Source of the DNA: a virus
Strand: one strand, 5' to 3'
Length of the DNA stretch: 41,085 nt
UHGV virus genome: UHGV-0335424
Part shown: positions 18,751 to 26,003 of the stretch, one piece after another
How the letters are laid out: each line of letters starts with the position of its first letter
How positions within the stretch are numbered: the stretch's first letter is position 1
Made by a program: the position numbers and the translations under genes
Notes under the pieces: model-generated
What the model was told of the DNA's origin: nothing
Database searches by the model: none
The model's input: only the letters and a program-made list of their open reading frames with translations

Positions 18751-21350
18751 TGGTGCAAATCATTAAAAGTGGGACAATAAAAGTGCCTACGCAACCGAAA
18801 GATTTTGATTTGAAAGCAACTGGATTAGTATTCAAATCATATGATAACCAAGTGGCACTAGAATTTAATGTGGAAAAACAAGACGGCACACCCGCAGACT
18901 TGTTAGGCGCTAACTTACGCTTATTAATGTTTATCTATGACGAAATAGACGGAACAGTGACCAAAGAGCCAATTCCGTTTATCACGAAAAATCTTATCAC
19001 TGAAAGCTTTCTAAATGGACATGTCGTGTACATCTTGCCAGAAGCCATGAAAGCTTATAACGGCATGGTGGAAACTTATGTGTATATCGAATATTCAGAC
19101 GGATCAACGAGCGATAACTTAGGTTTCACGTTCCGTATGCAACGTTCTAAGATTGATGGATTGGCACAAGATAAAGCAGACTACTTCATTACAGACTTCC
19201 AACAACTACTCGATGCAGTTAAACAAAAAGCAGCAGATGCAGTAAATGAGACACTAGCAAAAGTTGAAGCTGTTTCTGAAAATGTTAGTTCAGCGCAAAA
19301 TGATCTAACTATACTTGAAGATCGTATTGATCAAACCAATCAGGAAATCGCAGCGGTGCTTTCTGACGTAAATAAATATAATATTGATAAGGTAAATGAC
19401 CGTATTGATCAAACCAATCAGAAAATCGACGAGGTTATTTCTAGCTCAGATGAATTCCGCACAGATATCGACACACTTAAAATTAATAAAGCAGATAAGG
19501 CATTTGTTACCGCACAGTTGGAACAAAAGGCGGAACTAAGTTATATTGATTTGAGGGTGGCTGGAGTGGTAAGTGGTGCGCCTATCGTTGCTTCACTTGC
19601 TGTCAATATGACAGATAGATCCAAAAATTATATTTATGTAGGTTCTGAACCGGGGTATATTGCGGGTCATTGGTACTGGTGGAGCGGTTCTGCATGGACA
19701 GACGGTGGTGTTTATTTAAATTCGCAAGATATTGACGTGAGAAAAGACATGTACACGAAATCAGAGAACCTCTTAGATACCACAAAATTGTTAGTTGGAT
19801 ATGATATTTATACTTGGAATTTAGAAAATCTAACCACATCAGACTACACATATAATCAGGCAGACTTTGTCGTCACACCAGTAATGCCTGGTGTACCTGG
19901 TGAACAATTTGTTATATTCGATTCAAAAGGAAAAGCATTAGGTGTGACCAATATTATATTCTTTGATAAGGCAGGAAAGTACGTATCAAAAAATACAGGT
20001 GTAAACACAGGGAATAACATTATCATTCCAGCAGGAGCAACATTTTGGTCATGTACCGTAAGTAAAACCACAATGCCAGCCATGATTGTAAAAACTGGAA
20101 GCAGGACAGATAGGAGTTATGTGCCATATGGCTATGTTTTTAAAGGTGTTACGGCTACTGACCTAAAGGAAATTTCAAACGATACGCAAGCCAAAATTGA
20201 CAAAGTATCTAGTTACCTGAAATCCAGAAGTTCGAACATTTTAGACTTGGATAATATTTTAAAAGACACTGACTTGGCAACTTGGAAGAAAACTGATGCG
20301 GAAAGTACGTACGCTTCAACTGGTAAATATACTACGCCACTAACAAATGTGACTGCTGGTGATATCTTCAGAACGGTTAATAAAAACGGAACATACAGCA
20401 CGAATATCGGTACAATCATGTACTTTGATGCTAACAAAAACACTGTTTCTTACGAAAATACGAAAAGTGTCTTTACTGTACCTGCTGGCGTTACTGGTCT
20501 AAGATTTGCCTTTGCGAACGCCGAAAACATGCCTGACGCAATAGTTAAGGTTCCCAGTGTTGACACTATCCCAAGTTATCAGCCTTATTATATTGATAAC
20601 TTCCAAAGAGCTATCATTAATGAAAAGCCTCTGGATAATATTGATAAATCAGGTGGGTATACTTCCATATTCCATAAAATCGGAGTAGTTGGCGATAGTC
20701 TGGCAAGTGGAGCAATTCAAATTAATGCACAAGGGATTGCACTAGATAGACCAGAATATTCATGGGGTGCCTGTATTGCTAGAGCAACCGGATGTGAAGT
20801 TAAGTTATTTTCAAAAGGTGGTATGCAAGCTGCTCGCTGGAACACTGATAAATTGGGTCAGGACGCCGTACTTCCAGAGAATTTATGTACAGCTTACATT
20901 ATTGCTTTAGGGAATAACGACCAAAGTTTGACGATAGGAACAACCGCAGACATTAACCTTACTGATTACACCAAAAACGCAAATAGTTTTTATGGGAACT
21001 ACGCAAAAATCATTCAGCGATTAAAAGAAGTTCAGCCAAAAGCGAGATTCTTTCTGACTATATATCCATATAAAACGTGGGTTGATAGTGGAGTTAATCA
21101 AGCCATTAAGGATATATGTGCAATGTTTTCTAACTGTTATTTAATCGACCTCTATCAATATTCACCATTTGTATATGGCGCACCAAATCCATATATGACT
21201 GGAAGTATCCATTTGAATACAGTCGGTTATCAGCGATGGGCATGGCAAATTATGTCTTACATTGATTACATTGTCAGAAATAATATAAGTGACTTTACAG
21301 ATGTTGAATTGATTGGCACAACGTATGATGAAGACAAAACTTATGTTTAA
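18750..21350 (+). CDS. Receptor-binding / tail fiber protein with a C-terminal SGNH/GDSL hydrolase domain.
   Basis: 866 aa. Coiled-coil neck with the repeat DRIDQTNQ(E/K)I occurring twice. C-terminus has GDSLASG (block I) and GNND (block III). Confidence 0.7.
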   Translation: MVQIIKSGTIKVPTQPKDFDLKATGLVFKSYDNQVALEFNVEKQDGTPADLLGANLRLLMFIYDEIDGTVTKEPIPFITKNLITESFLNGHVVYILPEAMKAYNGMVETYVYIEYSDGSTSDNLGFTFRMQRSKIDGLAQDKADYFITDFQQLLDAVKQKAADAVNETLAKVEAVSENVSSAQNDLTILEDRIDQTNQEIAAVLSDVNKYNIDKVNDRIDQTNQKIDEVISSSDEFRTDIDTLKINKADKAFVTAQLEQKAELSYIDLRVAGVVSGAPIVASLAVNMTDRSKNYIYVGSEPGYIAGHWYWWSGSAWTDGGVYLNSQDIDVRKDMYTKSENLLDTTKLLVGYDIYTWNLENLTTSDYTYNQADFVVTPVMPGVPGEQFVIFDSKGKALGVTNIIFFDKAGKYVSKNTGVNTGNNIIIPAGATFWSCTVSKTTMPAMIVKTGSRTDRSYVPYGYVFKGVTATDLKEISNDTQAKIDKVSSYLKSRSSNILDLDNILKDTDLATWKKTDAESTYASTGKYTTPLTNVTAGDIFRTVNKNGTYSTNIGTIMYFDANKNTVSYENTKSVFTVPAGVTGLRFAFANAENMPDAIVKVPSVDTIPSYQPYYIDNFQRAIINEKPLDNIDKSGGYTSIFHKIGVVGDSLASGAIQINAQGIALDRPEYSWGACIARATGCEVKLFSKGGMQAARWNTDKLGQDAVLPENLCTAYIIALGNNDQSLTIGTTADINLTDYTKNANSFYGNYAKIIQRLKEVQPKARFFLTIYPYKTWVDSGVNQAIKDICAMFSNCYLIDLYQYSPFVYGAPNPYMTGSIHLNTVGYQRWAWQIMSYIDYIVRNNISDFTDVELIGTTYDEDKTYV

Positions 21351-21404
21351 AGTAAGTCACAATTGAACCAAACTGTGAACTAACTGAAAACAAAATGAAA
21401 GCGA

Positions 21405-21431
21405 GGTAGTCGAGAAATCGGCTGCCTTTTT
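21405..21431 (+). terminator. Rho-independent terminator of the tail operon.
   Basis: GGTAGTCGA-gaaa-TCGGCTGCC hairpin with a GNRA loop, followed by TTTTT. Confidence 0.55.
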
Positions 21432-21455
21432 ATATTGAGAAAAGGAGAGTGATAA

Positions 21456-21521
21456 ATGGTAAATAGGAAATTAAAACAAGATCTACAGAAAGTTTCCAAC
21501 AAGCGACCTAGTGACTTCTAG
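21456..21521 (+). CDS. Small ORF (21 aa) with a strong RBS; hypothetical.
   Basis: AAAAGGAGAG then 6 nt then ATG. Reads MVNRKLKQDLQKVSNKRPSDF. Confidence 0.2.
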   Translation: MVNRKLKQDLQKVSNKRPSDF

Positions 21522-21604
21522 GGTGCTTTAGGGTGTCACTTAAGGGGGATTACAGTGCATGAGTTGGGAATGGCTAGTAGGTTTGTTAATTGGAGGTGAG
21601 TAGT

Positions 21605-21742
21605 ATGTTTAGTTTTAGCGATGTGAAAATGATGTATGATTGGGGCTGTTTTACTGACGATCAAGTTCGTCTATTTGTTCCACTCTGCATCACAGAAGAT
21701 GAAGCAGACAAAATTATTAGCAAAGAAGAGAGCGCATCTTAA
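21605..21742 (+). CDS. XkdX-family small phage protein.
   Basis: 45 aa (MFSFSDVKMMYDWGCFTDDQVRLFVPLCITEDEADKIISKEESAS). RBS GGAGGTGAG. Sits before the holin, as in PBSX. Confidence 0.5.
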   Translation: MFSFSDVKMMYDWGCFTDDQVRLFVPLCITEDEADKIISKEESAS

Positions 21743-21756
21743 GTGATGCGTTTTTT
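21733..21756 (+). terminator. Terminator hairpin.
   Basis: CGCATC-ttaagt-GATGCG followed by TTTTTTATTTT. Confidence 0.45.
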
Positions 21757-21779
21757 ATTTTGATTTAAGGAGTTGCAAT

Positions 21780-22073
21780 ATGATTAATTTAGGGGAATGG
21801 GGAGCGATAGCAGGATCAATAACTGCTATCGTTTCTTTGATTTTATTAGTAATTAGACCGATTGTCGCATCATTTACAAAAATTACGAAAACACTATCAC
21901 AAGTGAGTTACAACTTGGAACTATTAACAAAAGATTTAGAATCAAGTAAATCAGATCGATTGATGATTCATGAAGAACTAAAGAAACACGATGAAAGATT
22001 AGATACACATACAGAAAAATTGGTAGAACACACGCAACAAATTAAAACTTTATTTAGAGAAAGATCTCGGTAA
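21780..22073 (+). CDS. XhlA-like lysis accessory membrane protein (putative).
   Basis: 97 aa. N-terminal transmembrane helix plus a C-terminal coiled coil. Sits between the XkdX-like gene and the holin. Confidence 0.4.
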   Translation: MINLGEWGAIAGSITAIVSLILLVIRPIVASFTKITKTLSQVSYNLELLTKDLESSKSDRLMIHEELKKHDERLDTHTEKLVEHTQQIKTLFRERSR

Positions 22074-22095
22074 AAAAGAAAGGAGTTAAGAAGAA

Positions 22096-22293
22096 ATGAT
22101 TTTACCCGATAAGTATTATCAAGTCATTAAATGGACGGTTTTAACAGTATTACCAGCTGCATCTGTTTTAGTAGCCACGTTAGGAAAAGCATATGGATGG
22201 AATGAAACTGATATGACAGTATTAACCATCAATGCAATTGCTGCATTTTTAGGAATTATAACTGGTGTGTCGACATATAATTTGAAAAAATAG
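22096..22293 (+). CDS. Holin, class II, two predicted transmembrane helices.
   Basis: 65 aa with two hydrophobic helices. RBS AAAGGAG. Directly upstream of the endolysin. Confidence 0.65.
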   Translation: MILPDKYYQVIKWTVLTVLPAASVLVATLGKAYGWNETDMTVLTINAIAAFLGIITGVSTYNLKK

Positions 22294-22302
22294 GAGGAAA
22301 AT

Positions 22303-23322
22303 ATGAAAAAGAAAATTACTATTACTGCGATGAGCCTATTAATGGCTCTTTTTTTATTGCCAATTAACGGGTTCGCCTATACGATTAACAATGAATTCAA
22401 TTTAGGTGCAAATGAAGGTAGCTCACAAGTAGCAAATAATCAGTACATTTTACTGCATGAAACGGCTAATGAAACAGCAACAGGACGCAATGAAGCGCAG
22501 TATATGCAACGTTCATGGACTAGTGCTTACACTGCTTACATTGTGGGAGACGGTGGAATTGTTTATCAAGTCGGACAACCTGGTTATGTACAGTACGGTG
22601 CTGGTTCGTATGCTAATGCCAATAGTCCTGTGCAGATTGAGTTACAACACACACATAATAAAGCAACTTTTGAAAAGAACTATAAAGCATACGTTGAATT
22701 GGCTAGAGATTCAGCAATAAAATATGGTATTCCATTAACATTAGACACTCCTTATAACCAACCAGGAATCAAATCGCATTTATGGGTAACACAAAATATT
22801 TGGGGCGATCATACAGATCCTTATGGATACTTGTCAGAAATGGGTGTGAGTAAGGAAAAACTGGCTTACGATTTAGCCCATGGATTTACAGATGAAAATC
22901 CGACAACTTCCGATGATAGACCAGTCATTGATCCAACTAGAGCAGGTGCTGCAAATCCTACACTTACAGATGGAACAAATTATGCCCACATTGATCAGTT
23001 CGGAGAAATCGAAAATGCGAACTTGCATGTTGCTGGATGGCACATCGCTAACTATAAATACGAGTATGTTTTCATTATGGACTATAATACTGGAAAAGAA
23101 TTAGCTCGAGTAAGAGCTGATGGAATTTATAGACCAGATGTAAATCAAGCTTACAATACTTATGGAAAAGTTGGTTATCATGTATCGTTCAACATGCGTA
23201 ATTTCCCCAACAAGAAAGTATACGTCATGATGCGTGCAACGAATGATCCAGAAGGGAACACTAAAGGCGGAGCACAAGATTTTCATGATAAGCGTTGGTA
23301 TTTGAATATTCCACAACGATAA
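22303..23322 (+). CDS. Endolysin: N-acetylmuramoyl-L-alanine amidase-type catalytic domain with an N-terminal signal peptide and a C-terminal cell-wall-binding region.
   Basis: 339 aa. N-terminus MKKKITITAMSLLMALFLLPINGFA|YT looks like a Sec signal peptide. Amidase-like motifs (ILLHETANE, YGAGSYANANSPVQIELQH). Confidence 0.75.
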   Translation: MKKKITITAMSLLMALFLLPINGFAYTINNEFNLGANEGSSQVANNQYILLHETANETATGRNEAQYMQRSWTSAYTAYIVGDGGIVYQVGQPGYVQYGAGSYANANSPVQIELQHTHNKATFEKNYKAYVELARDSAIKYGIPLTLDTPYNQPGIKSHLWVTQNIWGDHTDPYGYLSEMGVSKEKLAYDLAHGFTDENPTTSDDRPVIDPTRAGAANPTLTDGTNYAHIDQFGEIENANLHVAGWHIANYKYEYVFIMDYNTGKELARVRADGIYRPDVNQAYNTYGKVGYHVSFNMRNFPNKKVYVMMRATNDPEGNTKGGAQDFHDKRWYLNIPQR

Positions 23323-23361
23323 AAATAGCCCCTCGATGAGGGGCGGTACATATATTATATT
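23321..23361. repeat. Direct repeat copy 1, 41 bp, containing the hairpin GCCCCTCgatGAGGGGC.
   Basis: Matches 24406..24445 at 41 of 42 positions. Immediately follows the endolysin stop. Confidence 0.7.
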
Positions 23362-23388
23362 AATTAAAATAATAAATTAAATATGCAT

Positions 23389-23417
23389 TGACAGCGGTGA
23401 AATGTAAAGGTAAGATT
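23389..23417 (+). promoter_or_regulatory. Sigma-A-type promoter of the moron cassette.
   Basis: TTGACA, 17 nt, TAAGAT. Confidence 0.45.
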
Positions 23418-23447
23418 TATATATCGGCGGCTTTAAGGAGAACAGGC

Positions 23448-23981
23448 GTGGAACGAAAAGAAAATTATGCAAAATCTATAAAAAATTGGTTAACAGTTAT
23501 ATCATCTGTTAGTTTTTTAGTGAGTACATATAAAGTGGCAACTATCGATGCCGTTTTTTTGTATGCTTTTACTTATTTGTCTTCGATAGGCTTAGCTTTT
23601 TATAATCTAACACCGCAAGGCAACCAAGCAAAAATAAGGCGTAAAAGAATGATTGAATTTGCCATAGCAAGTGTAGCGTTTATCTTTATTGGTATTACCT
23701 TAGGCACAATTCACCCTATAATTAAAATGAGTATGCTATACTTAATTAAAGCTACTTATGTGATTTTTGCTGTGTTAGCAGTCATATACACCTTTAAGGA
23801 CGATCTTGATACAGAAAGTATTGAAGAAAAAGATGCGAAATCAAGCGTGAGGAAAAGTTTGCAAGAACAGGAAAAAACCAAGCCTTTTAAAGAAAGAGAA
23901 AAGAGATCGGTGGAAAATAAAAGAATCAGAAAATTTTTATTAAAAAAGAAGGATTCTAGAAGCAGGGAGGACATAAGATGA
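23448..23981 (+). CDS. Membrane protein with four predicted transmembrane helices and a highly charged K/E/R-rich C-terminal tail (moron gene 1).
   Basis: GTG start after AAGGAG. The ORF-track TTG at 23388 coincides with the -35 hexamer. Confidence 0.5.
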   Translation: MERKENYAKSIKNWLTVISSVSFLVSTYKVATIDAVFLYAFTYLSSIGLAFYNLTPQGNQAKIRRKRMIEFAIASVAFIFIGITLGTIHPIIKMSMLYLIKATYVIFAVLAVIYTFKDDLDTESIEEKDAKSSVRKSLQEQEKTKPFKEREKRSVENKRIRKFLLKKKDSRSREDIR

Positions 23982-24355
23982 ATGCTATTATAATTTTTGT
24001 AACATCGTTGCTAGTTTATTATAGTGGACTTATGTATTTAACTCGTGCTACATTCAAAAAGAATAATATAAAGTTGAGTGTTTTAATGACTTTATTTGTT
24101 CCTTTCTATATTCTCAAAACGTATCTATCAGTAGCTTATAAATATAAAAAACAATCACGAATTAGAAATCATGCAATTTTAGAATTGCTTTTTGGATATA
24201 CTGCGGGCTTAGCGATTTTCGTAGAAATTGTACGTTTTGGATTTGAGAATAAATATATTGTCTCAGAGAAGAAAGAACCAAAAGGCCTCTCATCTTTAAT
24301 TTCTAAAGCGAGAGAACCTTTTTCTAATACTTTAAATGAATATTTAGCTTATTAA
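23978..24355 (+). CDS. Small membrane protein with three predicted transmembrane helices (moron gene 2).
   Basis: 125 aa. Start overlaps the preceding stop (ATGA), suggesting translational coupling. Confidence 0.5.
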   Translation: MNAIIIFVTSLLVYYSGLMYLTRATFKKNNIKLSVLMTLFVPFYILKTYLSVAYKYKKQSRIRNHAILELLFGYTAGLAIFVEIVRFGFENKYIVSEKKEPKGLSSLISKAREPFSNTLNEYLAY

Positions 24356-24397
24356 AAAAGAGCCTCTAATTATAATGAGGTTCTTTTTTTTTATTTT
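24353..24397 (+). terminator. Rho-independent terminator of the moron cassette.
   Basis: AAGAGCCTC…GAGGTTCTT stem followed by a T10 run. Confidence 0.6.
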
Positions 24398-24405
24398 AAG
24401 TTATA

Positions 24406-24445
24406 AAAAAATAGCCCCTCGATGAGGGGCGGTACATAATTATAT
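24406..24445. repeat. Direct repeat copy 2, hairpin-containing.
   Basis: Matches 23321..23361. Confidence 0.7.
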
Positions 24446-24480
24446 TGAAAACTATAAAAATCATTCGATAAAATAGTGAT

Positions 24481-24538
24481 GTTGTCGCATATCTTCACTA
24501 TCACTCATAAATAGTCACACTCCAAGATATGCGATAAC
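24481..24538. repeat. Inverted repeat (GTTGTCGCATATCTT / AAGATATGCGATAAC) with a 28-nt spacer.
   Basis: 11-bp perfect core with imperfect arms. About 50 nt upstream of the tRNA. Confidence 0.4.
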
Positions 24539-24584
24539 AGGTTTGTTGCCACACATTCTACTGGTTGACTGTTTATGGCTTTCC

Positions 24585-24658
24585 GTACCCTTAGCTCAGT
24601 TGGTTAGAGCAGACGGCTCATAACCGTCCGGTCGTAGGCTCGAGTCCTACAGGGTACA
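24585..24658 (+). tRNA. tRNA with anticodon CAU, either elongator Met or Ile2 (lysidine); not an initiator.
   Basis: Hand-folded cloverleaf: acceptor GTACCCT/AGGGTAC, D-arm GCTC-AGTTGGTTA-GAGC, anticodon arm GACGG-CTCATAA-CCGTC, T-arm GTAGG-CTCGAGT-CCTAC, discriminator A. No encoded CCA. Confidence 0.75.
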
Positions 24659-24732
24659 TTAATGTAGCCATTTGAATCGTTCTGTGTTAGAATTTTTTGA
24701 AGAGTATTATACAAGCTAAAGCTTTTCTTCAT

Positions 24733-24760
24733 TGCCACTCAAATGAGTGGCTTTTTTATG
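24733..24760 (+). terminator. Rho-independent terminator downstream of the tRNA.
   Basis: GCCACTC-aaat-GAGTGGC followed by TTTTTTA. Confidence 0.65.
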
Positions 24761-24881
24761 TATCCTTTTATGGATTAATGAAAGGATGTTTCACATAGTT
24801 ATACTTCTGTATATTTGAAAAGTTTTACTTTGATTTTTAAATAGAAAGACATTTGGGTTATATTGTGAGATAATAATAAAG

Positions 24882-24941
24882 AAGAGTTTAAAGCGTTCCC
24901 CAAAAACCACTCCCCAAAAGTGTGTTACGCTTTAAACTCTT
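24882..24941. repeat. 14-bp perfect inverted repeat AAGAGTTTAAAGCG / CGCTTTAAACTCTT enclosing a 32-nt loop with CCCCAAAA twice.
   Basis: Seen directly in the sequence. T-rich on both flanks. Confidence 0.5.
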
Positions 24942-25147
24942 TTATATTTGAAGCCATTAAAAAGCATACCATATAACTGTAAAAAATAATGGGAAAAAGG
25001 CTTACAATTGGAGTGATAGTTAATTAGTGACTTATTTTTGATTTTATAGCACTGATACTATAAAATATAGATATCATCATATTACACAATCTTAATACCA
25101 ACTTAAAAAATATCTCCTTTCATAAGTATGGTGATAAAATCCATTCC

Positions 25148-25169
25148 GGGCTACCTTTTTAGGTAGCCT
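25148..25169. terminator. Hairpin GGGCTACCT-tttt-AGGTAGCC immediately 3' of the minus-strand operon.
   Basis: 9-bp stem adjacent to the stop of 25173..25472. Confidence 0.4.
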
Positions 25170-25172
25170 ACT

Positions 25173-25472
25173 TTAATCTTTGTATCTTTCTGGATCAACG
25201 AAAGTATACTTTATATAGTCATAACGCCGATGATCGCTTCGAGCGTCTGGCACGTCAGTCACGACATCAAACAAAAAATATACATCTTTCTTCATTCTAG
25301 TTTTCGCAGCAGGAATTTTAAAGTAGTTCTTATTAGAATAGTAGAGATTGATTAATAAGCTATCTTCGATTGCTAAAAAGAAAACTTCTGAATTCCATAC
25401 TTTATAAAAATCTTTGATAAATCTATTCGAAGGATCGAATTTAAACCATAATTGCGTCTCATTAAAAAGCAT
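25173..25472 (-). CDS. Hypothetical protein (99 aa); second gene of a minus-strand accessory operon.
   Basis: ATG at 25472 with GGAG 8 nt upstream. The track start at 25478 has a poor spacer. No family recognised. Confidence 0.45.
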   Translation of the reverse strand: MLFNETQLWFKFDPSNRFIKDFYKVWNSEVFFLAIEDSLLINLYYSNKNYFKIPAAKTRMKKDVYFLFDVVTDVPDARSDHRRYDYIKYTFVDPERYKD

Positions 25473-25486
25473 AACCATTACTCCAA

Positions 25487-25717
25487 TCAGTTTTTAAACT
25501 TAGTTTCTACCTCTAATATATATCGAGTTTTTATTTTACCTTCAGAGAATACCGTTTCTTTTTTTGCAGTTACAGGTTGTTTATTTTCGGAAAAAGCTAA
25601 TATAGCTAAAATTGAAACATCCATCTGGAATTTATCTTTTTTGCTGCTTTGCTCATAAAAATCTGCATATTCATCACTGATATTTTTTCTAATAAAGTCT
25701 TCCATCATAAAAATCAC
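25487..25717 (-). CDS. Hypothetical small protein (76 aa) with a central hydrophobic segment; first gene of the accessory operon.
   Basis: RBS GAGGTGA. Preceded by a consensus promoter. Confidence 0.45.
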   Translation of the reverse strand: MIFMMEDFIRKNISDEYADFYEQSSKKDKFQMDVSILAILAFSENKQPVTAKKETVFSEGKIKTRYILEVETKFKN

Positions 25718-25726
25718 CTCAAAACG

Positions 25727-25755
25727 ATTATACGAACTTATGTTCTGACTGTAAA
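25727..25755 (-). promoter_or_regulatory. Strong sigma-A-type promoter (TTTACA, 17 nt, TATAAT) driving 25717..25173.
   Basis: Read on the minus strand. The spacer is exactly 17 nt. Confidence 0.55.
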
Positions 25756-25766
25756 GCGATATTTGA

Positions 25767-25788
25767 GGGGCAAAAAAGGGGCAAAAAA
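25767..25788. repeat. Tandem GGGGCAAAAAA x2.
   Basis: Two exact 11-mers. The same motif recurs at 25981..26002. Confidence 0.7.
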
Positions 25789-25825
25789 CTCTTACTAGTC
25801 CGTTCTAGCCTAATAATTTTAAGTA

Positions 25826-25854
25826 TTATCAACGTTGTTTTTTCTTGATATAAT
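25826..25854 (+). promoter_or_regulatory. Promoter: TTATCA, 17 nt, TATAAT.
   Basis: Perfect -10 hexamer with a 17-nt spacer. Confidence 0.45.
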
Positions 25855-25861
25855 GGGATTT

Positions 25862-25962
25862 TTGTCCAGTACGTACAAGCTAAAAACGTTTGTCTTGATG
25901 GGCGGTATGATGTAGTAATTAAGAAAGAACCCTGTTAAAATAGGGTTCTTTCTTCTTTTTTT
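25862..25962 (+). ncRNA. Candidate small RNA of about 100 nt between the promoter and a strong terminator.
   Basis: No RBS-supported ORF; the longest ORF is MGGMM. Ends in a 13-bp perfect stem followed by a U-run. Confidence 0.35.
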
Positions 25963-25972
25963 GTTTTATTTT
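25921..25972 (+). terminator. Rho-independent terminator.
   Basis: AAGAAAGAACCCT-gttaaaat-AGGGTTCTTTCTT followed by CTTTTTTTGTTTTATTTT. Confidence 0.7.
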
Positions 25973-25980
25973 AAGCAAAA

Positions 25981-26002
25981 GGGGCAAAGAAGGGGCAAAA
26001 AT
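25981..26002. repeat. Tandem GGGGCAAAGAA / GGGGCAAAAAT.
   Basis: Second pair of the GGGGCAAA motif. Abuts the integrase stop codon. Confidence 0.7.
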
Positions 26003-26003
26003 A

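Noticed and set aside
23388-23447. ORF-track start at TTG 23388 for the first moron protein.
   Set aside because: That TTG is part of the TTGACA -35 hexamer. An RBS-supported GTG at 23448 is used instead. Similar N-terminal trimming was applied to track ORFs at 8431, 16158, 30422, 32182, 35831, 37455, 37973, 39013 and 40537.
24585-24658. tRNA(CAU) as initiator tRNA-fMet.
   Set aside because: Position 1:72 is a normal G:C pair. The anticodon stem lacks the three consecutive G:C pairs.
25862-25962. Tiny ORFs (MGGMM; a 17-codon TTG ORF) inside the candidate sRNA.
   Set aside because: No Shine-Dalgarno sequence. Better explained as non-coding.
25767-26002. GGGGCAAA repeats as a possible CRISPR array.
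   Set aside because: Only two tandem 11-mers per site with no spacers of CRISPR size. More consistent with arm-type or iteron sites.
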